Assembly (NCBI GenBank): GCA_039594975.1
Contig: JBCNMJ010000001.1
Span: 20,402 to 84,401 of the forward strand
Reading direction: 5' to 3'
DNA: 64,000 bases
Origin: Chryseobacterium sp.
Lineage (GTDB): Bacteria; Bacteroidota; Bacteroidia; Flavobacteriales; Weeksellaceae
Within the stretch, counting starts at the first letter, position 1; each line of letters begins with the position of its first letter. The notes beneath the pieces are model-generated. The model had not been told where the DNA came from, ran no database searches, and saw only the letters and a list, made by a program, of their open reading frames with translations. The position numbers and the translations under genes were made by a program. Shown here piece after piece: positions 59,726-64,000 of the stretch.

Positions 59726-60562
59726 TTACTTTAGTTCGTTAGTTTTGATACCATCCATATCACCGTAGTCCATATTTTCTCCGGCCATACCCCAGATAAA
59801 AGTATAATTAGAAGTTCCTACTCCTGAGTGGATCGACCATTCCGGAGACAACACCGCCTGTCTGTTGGTCATAAAAATATGACGTGTTTCATGAGGTTGC
59901 CCCATAAAGTGACTCACTGTCTGTCCCTCTTCCAGATCAAAATAGAAATACGCTTCCATTCTTCTTGTGTGAGTATGAGCAGGCATTGTGTTCCAAACGC
60001 TTCCCGAGTGAAGTTCTGTCATTCCCATTTGAAGCTGACATGTTTCTAAGACAGAGTTTACAATCAGTTTGTTAATTGTACGCTTGTTTGCATATTTTTC
60101 CTCGCCTAATTCTACAATTTCGGCTTCGTTTTTTGTGATCTTTTTGGTAGGATAAGCGTGATGTGCAGGAGCTGAATTAATGTAAAAATAAGGTTGTGCA
60201 TCACCTGTTTTTTCAAAAAACACTTCTTTTGCTCCTTTACCAATATATAAAGCCTCTTTGTTTCCAAGCTCATATACTTCTCCATCTACTGTCACTTTTC
60301 CTGCACCCCCAACGTTGATGATCCCCAATTCTCTTCTGTCAAGGAAATACTGAGCTTTCAAGTCGTCCGTAGGTTCCAGTTTTAAAGCCTGTGTTGAAGG
60401 CATAATACCTCCTACAATCAGCCTGTCGTACATGGAGTAAACTAATTTTACCTTATCTTCATTAAATAAATCATGGATTAGAAACTCCCTCCTAAGATCC
60501 TCAGTGGTATATTTTTTTACATCTTCAGGATGATGGGCGTAACGAAATTCTGATTGTGACAT
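59726..60562 (-). CDS. kduI: 5-dehydro-4-deoxy-D-glucuronate isomerase
   Basis: DRLIVGG, RRELGIIN, WNTMPAHTH.RRMEAY, WGMAGEN. Confidence 0.95.
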   Translation of the reverse strand: MSQSEFRYAHHPEDVKKYTTEDLRREFLIHDLFNEDKVKLVYSMYDRLIVGGIMPSTQALKLEPTDDLKAQYFLDRRELGIINVGGAGKVTVDGEVYELGNKEALYIGKGAKEVFFEKTGDAQPYFYINSAPAHHAYPTKKITKNEAEIVELGEEKYANKRTINKLIVNSVLETCQLQMGMTELHSGSVWNTMPAHTHTRRMEAYFYFDLEEGQTVSHFMGQPHETRHIFMTNRQAVLSPEWSIHSGVGTSNYTFIWGMAGENMDYGDMDGIKTNELK

Positions 60563-60615
60563 ACTACTTTATACTTTTTCTTTTTGCGGTTTTATCAAAA
60601 CCTGTTAAACATTGC

Positions 60616-60627
60616 GTAATCGATTGC
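60616..60627. promoter_or_regulatory. Candidate LacI operator upstream of kduI
   Basis: gtaatcgattgc near-palindrome, matching 61301-61312. Confidence 0.6.
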
Positions 60628-61300
60628 ATAAAATTACACTAAAAAATAATAGGAATACTTGCTGTTAAATATATAATTATTCTTCAATTAGTTAACAAAA
60701 AATTAATTTAAAATTATAAATCAATGATTTACAAACAAATAAAGTTAAAAAGGAAAGGAAAATAAGAAATATTTTAAGAAAATTTTACACCTTAAATTAA
60801 CCAAAATTAATACTCAACATCTAGTTATATATAAAATCATGCCAAAAAAACGAATGACAATCTCATCTATTAATTTGATAAAAATAGTATTATTCAGTCA
60901 TTATATTATATATAATAAGTTTAATTTTTATAAAGTATAAAATAGGGCTTATCATAACCCTCTAAAAAGATGACAAAAATCAGGAAAATTGCTAAAATTT
61001 TCTTCCCGACTATCAATTTTGGGGAAATTTTTAAGATCAAAAAGATCAATTTTTTAAGCAAATTTTAAGTTTTTAAACATTAAACAGCAGAATTTTCACA
61101 TTTTTTTTGACAATAATTAAATATCAAAAACAAAAACATAAAGTATTAATTATTAATAACTTAAATAAAACTAACGAACAAATGTTTGCTCAATTTTAAG
61201 ATTTTAAACATCCGAATTAATGAAAAAATAATATTTTTTTCTTTGCATATTGGAAAATAATATTAGTTTAGAAGCCAAGATATTTATAATGAAAAATTAC

Positions 61301-61312
61301 GCAATCGATTGC
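61301..61312. promoter_or_regulatory. Candidate LacI operator upstream of susC
   Basis: Perfect palindrome gcaatcgattgc. Confidence 0.65.
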
Positions 61313-61444
61313 ACATTTAAATGCGTAAAAGTTTTTTAAAAATATTTACTACTAAACAATACAGGAAAATACTTATCAAATCCACTAAAAACACAAGGAT
61401 TGAAAAAAACTTTTCAACCAAAATTAAAACTATAAGGATACAAA

Positions 61445-64000
61445 ATGGATAAAAAAGTACAATCGATAAAATGGTTATATTTAACTGTTTTTCTACTTCC
61501 TGTCCTTGCAATGGCTCAACAAAAAGAACCAAAAAAGGAAAAAGAAACCACTATTGATGAAGTGGTTTTGGTAGGCTATACAAAAGTTTCCAAAAAAGAT
61601 GTAACGAATGCGGTTTCTTCTGTAAAGGCAGATGCGATCAAAGATATGCCTTCTACCAATGCTGCAGAAGCAATTCAGGGGAGAATGGCCGGAGTACAGG
61701 TTTCACTAAGTGAAGGTTCTCCCGGCGCAGATGTGGACATTGTGATCCGAGGAGGGAACTCTATTACAGGGAGTAATGCTCCTCTTTATATTGTAGACGG
61801 GGTTCAGATGGATAATGCACTCTCTATCTTATCTCCAAAAGAGATTGAATCTATTGAGGTTTTAAAGGACGCATCTTCCACTAATATCTACGGAGCCAGA
61901 GGAGCTAACGGGGTCGTTCTGATTACCACAAAAGGAGGACGCAAAAAAGCTAAAACATCCATTAATTATAATGGATTCTTAGGGGTAAGAAAAATTCAAA
62001 ACACGATTGATGTATTAGATCCTTACCAATATGTTCTATACCAGTACGAACTTTACAACAAAGGAGGTGTTCAGACCGATATTGATGCCTTTAAAGCAAG
62101 ATATGGCACTTATGATCAGTTGGGTAAATACAAGGATGTAAAAAAGCGAGACTGGCAGGATGAAGTTTTTGGAAGAGAAGCCTTCAACTTTACTCATAAT
62201 CTTTCTATTACAGGGGGATCTGACAATTCATCTTTCTCATTATCCTTAAATAATGTACAGGAGGACGGAATTATGATCGGTTCCGGATTTAAGAGAAACA
62301 TGGCCAATTTCAAATACGACTATGAATTATCTAAAAAGGTAAGTCTGACCTTAAATGCCCGATACAGCAGACAAACCATTTTCGGTGCCGGAACTTCTTC
62401 TACAGGTTCACAGGGAAACAACAGATTAAGAAATGCTGTAAGATATCAACCATTTGAAGGGGGATCTACTGTAAATGTAGATGATTTTGATCCTTTATTT
62501 GCCAATGAAACTAATCTTGTCAACCCTATTCTTTTAGCTAATAGTGAGATCAAAGAAAACGGGAGAAATGATTTATTGCTTAATGGAACTTTGGAATATA
62601 GAATCAATAAGGATTTTACATTCCGAGGTGTCATTGGATATGTACAAAGAGATGAATTTGTTAATCAGTTTTCCGGACCGGTAACTACTCTTGCAAGACA
62701 AAATAATGATCAACCGGTAGTATTTTTAAGTCAGGCTCAAACGAGAAGGATTACAAGTACCAATACTCTAAACTATAAAAAGACATTTGGCAATCATAAA
62801 CTCGATTTATTGGTTGGGCAAGAAATTGTGAAAACAGACGGAGAATCATTAGCTATGAATATAAAATGGTTTCCAAAGTCTATTAGTGCACAAGAAGCAT
62901 TTGCCAATATTCAAGCTGCATCGCCTCCTTCAGGTTTGGTACAGGATGCTCCAAAAGCGGGAAGAGTACCAGATCGCTTAGCTTCATTTTTTGGTAGAGC
63001 CAATTATATTTTCAAAAATAAATATATTCTGACTGCTTCCATGAGAGCTGACGGTTCAAGTGTTTTCGGACCTGGAAACCAATGGGGATATTTTCCAGCC
63101 GCTTCTGCTGCCTGGAAAATTGGTGAGGAAAAATTCTTAAAAGACAGTCAAACAATTACTGACTTAAAGCTACGTTTAGGATATGGTTTGTCTGGAAACA
63201 ATAGAATTGGGTCTTTTTTATATGATACATTCTTTATTACATCATCTGACTACGGATATGCATTTGGAACGAATGTAACGCCTGGAGCGACTACGGGTAA
63301 CATTATGGCGAATAAAAATGTAAAATGGGAGACAGCAACTTCTAAAAATATCGGTCTAGATTTCGGGTTATTTAAAAGTAAGGTATATGGTACGCTAGAT
63401 CTTTATCAAACAGATACTAAGGATCTACTTCTTTTGGCTAAAATTCCTCAGACTTCCGGATATGAGTATCAGTATCAGAACTCAGGAAGTACGACCAATA
63501 AAGGGATAGAATTCTCAGTAGGAAGTACCATCATCAACAACAAAAACTTTACCTGGAAGATTGATGCAAACATCTCTTCAAATAAAAACACGATTAAAAG
63601 TTTAGGAAACAGTGCTTCTGCAAGTGCAAACTATTACTACTATCCTTCCGGATGGCAGAATAATCTGAATGACTTCCTGGTACAGGTTGGAAAGCCTGTA
63701 GGAACTTACTGGGGATATGTGACAGCCGGGAGATATGAAATAAGTGATTTTAATTATGATCCGGCTACCCTTACCTATACCCTGAAGTCAGGGATTGCAA
63801 GTTCAGCTGCGGTGGCGAATGGAGCAAAAGCAGTACAGCCGGGAGATCTGAAGCTTCAGGACCTGAATGGTGATGGTGTTATCGACACTAAAGATATGAC
63901 CGATCTGGGAAATGCTCAGCCTAAATTCTACGGAGGCTTCAATCAGACGTTCCGTTACAAAAACTGGGATATGAGCTTATTGTTCAACTTTTCTGTAGGC
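61445..64000 (+). CDS. SusC/RagA TonB-dependent transporter (runs off the window; absent from the ORF track)
   Basis: Manual translation MDKKVQSIKW...IDEVVLVGY...IRGGNSITGSNAPLYIVDG...VLKDASSTNIYGARGANGVVLITTK. Confidence 0.93.
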   Translation, partial: MDKKVQSIKWLYLTVFLLPVLAMAQQKEPKKEKETTIDEVVLVGYTKVSKKDVTNAVSSVKADAIKDMPSTNAAEAIQGRMAGVQVSLSEGSPGADVDIVIRGGNSITGSNAPLYIVDGVQMDNALSILSPKEIESIEVLKDASSTNIYGARGANGVVLITTKGGRKKAKTSINYNGFLGVRKIQNTIDVLDPYQYVLYQYELYNKGGVQTDIDAFKARYGTYDQLGKYKDVKKRDWQDEVFGREAFNFTHNLSITGGSDNSSFSLSLNNVQEDGIMIGSGFKRNMANFKYDYELSKKVSLTLNARYSRQTIFGAGTSSTGSQGNNRLRNAVRYQPFEGGSTVNVDDFDPLFANETNLVNPILLANSEIKENGRNDLLLNGTLEYRINKDFTFRGVIGYVQRDEFVNQFSGPVTTLARQNNDQPVVFLSQAQTRRITSTNTLNYKKTFGNHKLDLLVGQEIVKTDGESLAMNIKWFPKSISAQEAFANIQAASPPSGLVQDAPKAGRVPDRLASFFGRANYIFKNKYILTASMRADGSSVFGPGNQWGYFPAASAAWKIGEEKFLKDSQTITDLKLRLGYGLSGNNRIGSFLYDTFFITSSDYGYAFGTNVTPGATTGNIMANKNVKWETATSKNIGLDFGLFKSKVYGTLDLYQTDTKDLLLLAKIPQTSGYEYQYQNSGSTTNKGIEFSVGSTIINNKNFTWKIDANISSNKNTIKSLGNSASASANYYYYPSGWQNNLNDFLVQVGKPVGTYWGYVTAGRYEISDFNYDPATLTYTLKSGIASSAAVANGAKAVQPGDLKLQDLNGDGVIDTKDMTDLGNAQPKFYGGFNQTFRYKNWDMSLLFNFSVG

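Overview
AT-rich Bacteroidota DNA, Chryseobacterium/Weeksellaceae-like (TAnnTTTG -7 promoters, a SusC gene, flavobacterial REP-type repeats). The flanks are mostly ordinary: PPIase, TerC, SulP and an MBOAT pair on the left; the uronate pathway (uxaABC, exuT, eda, kdgK, kduDI, LacI regulator) and a truncated SusC on the right. The centre (about 8-48 kb) is a stress/conflict region: a PspA-flotillin-AAA operon, Ro60 (TROVE), two DEDDh exonucleases, an Rnl2 RNA ligase operon behind a 13-member tRNA array, a MoxR-vWA (bpX-type) system and TatD. Main candidates for undescribed biology: (1) nine Y-RNA-like hairpins downstream of Ro60 that share a Ro-type stem and carry different inserts, namely circularly permuted tRNA mimics, minimal loops, and one insert with a 33-nt exact match to the conserved 23S rRNA H69-H71 sequence; (2) a direct-repeat operator at the same spacing before four promoters (Ro60, Y-RNA sub-array, exonucleases, TatD); (3) a leader-peptide attenuator, with all 20 amino acids and a visible antiterminator, directly before the tRNA/RNA-repair operon. 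All calls were made by eye; no searches or folding programs were run, and family names come from recognised motifs and recalled knowledge.
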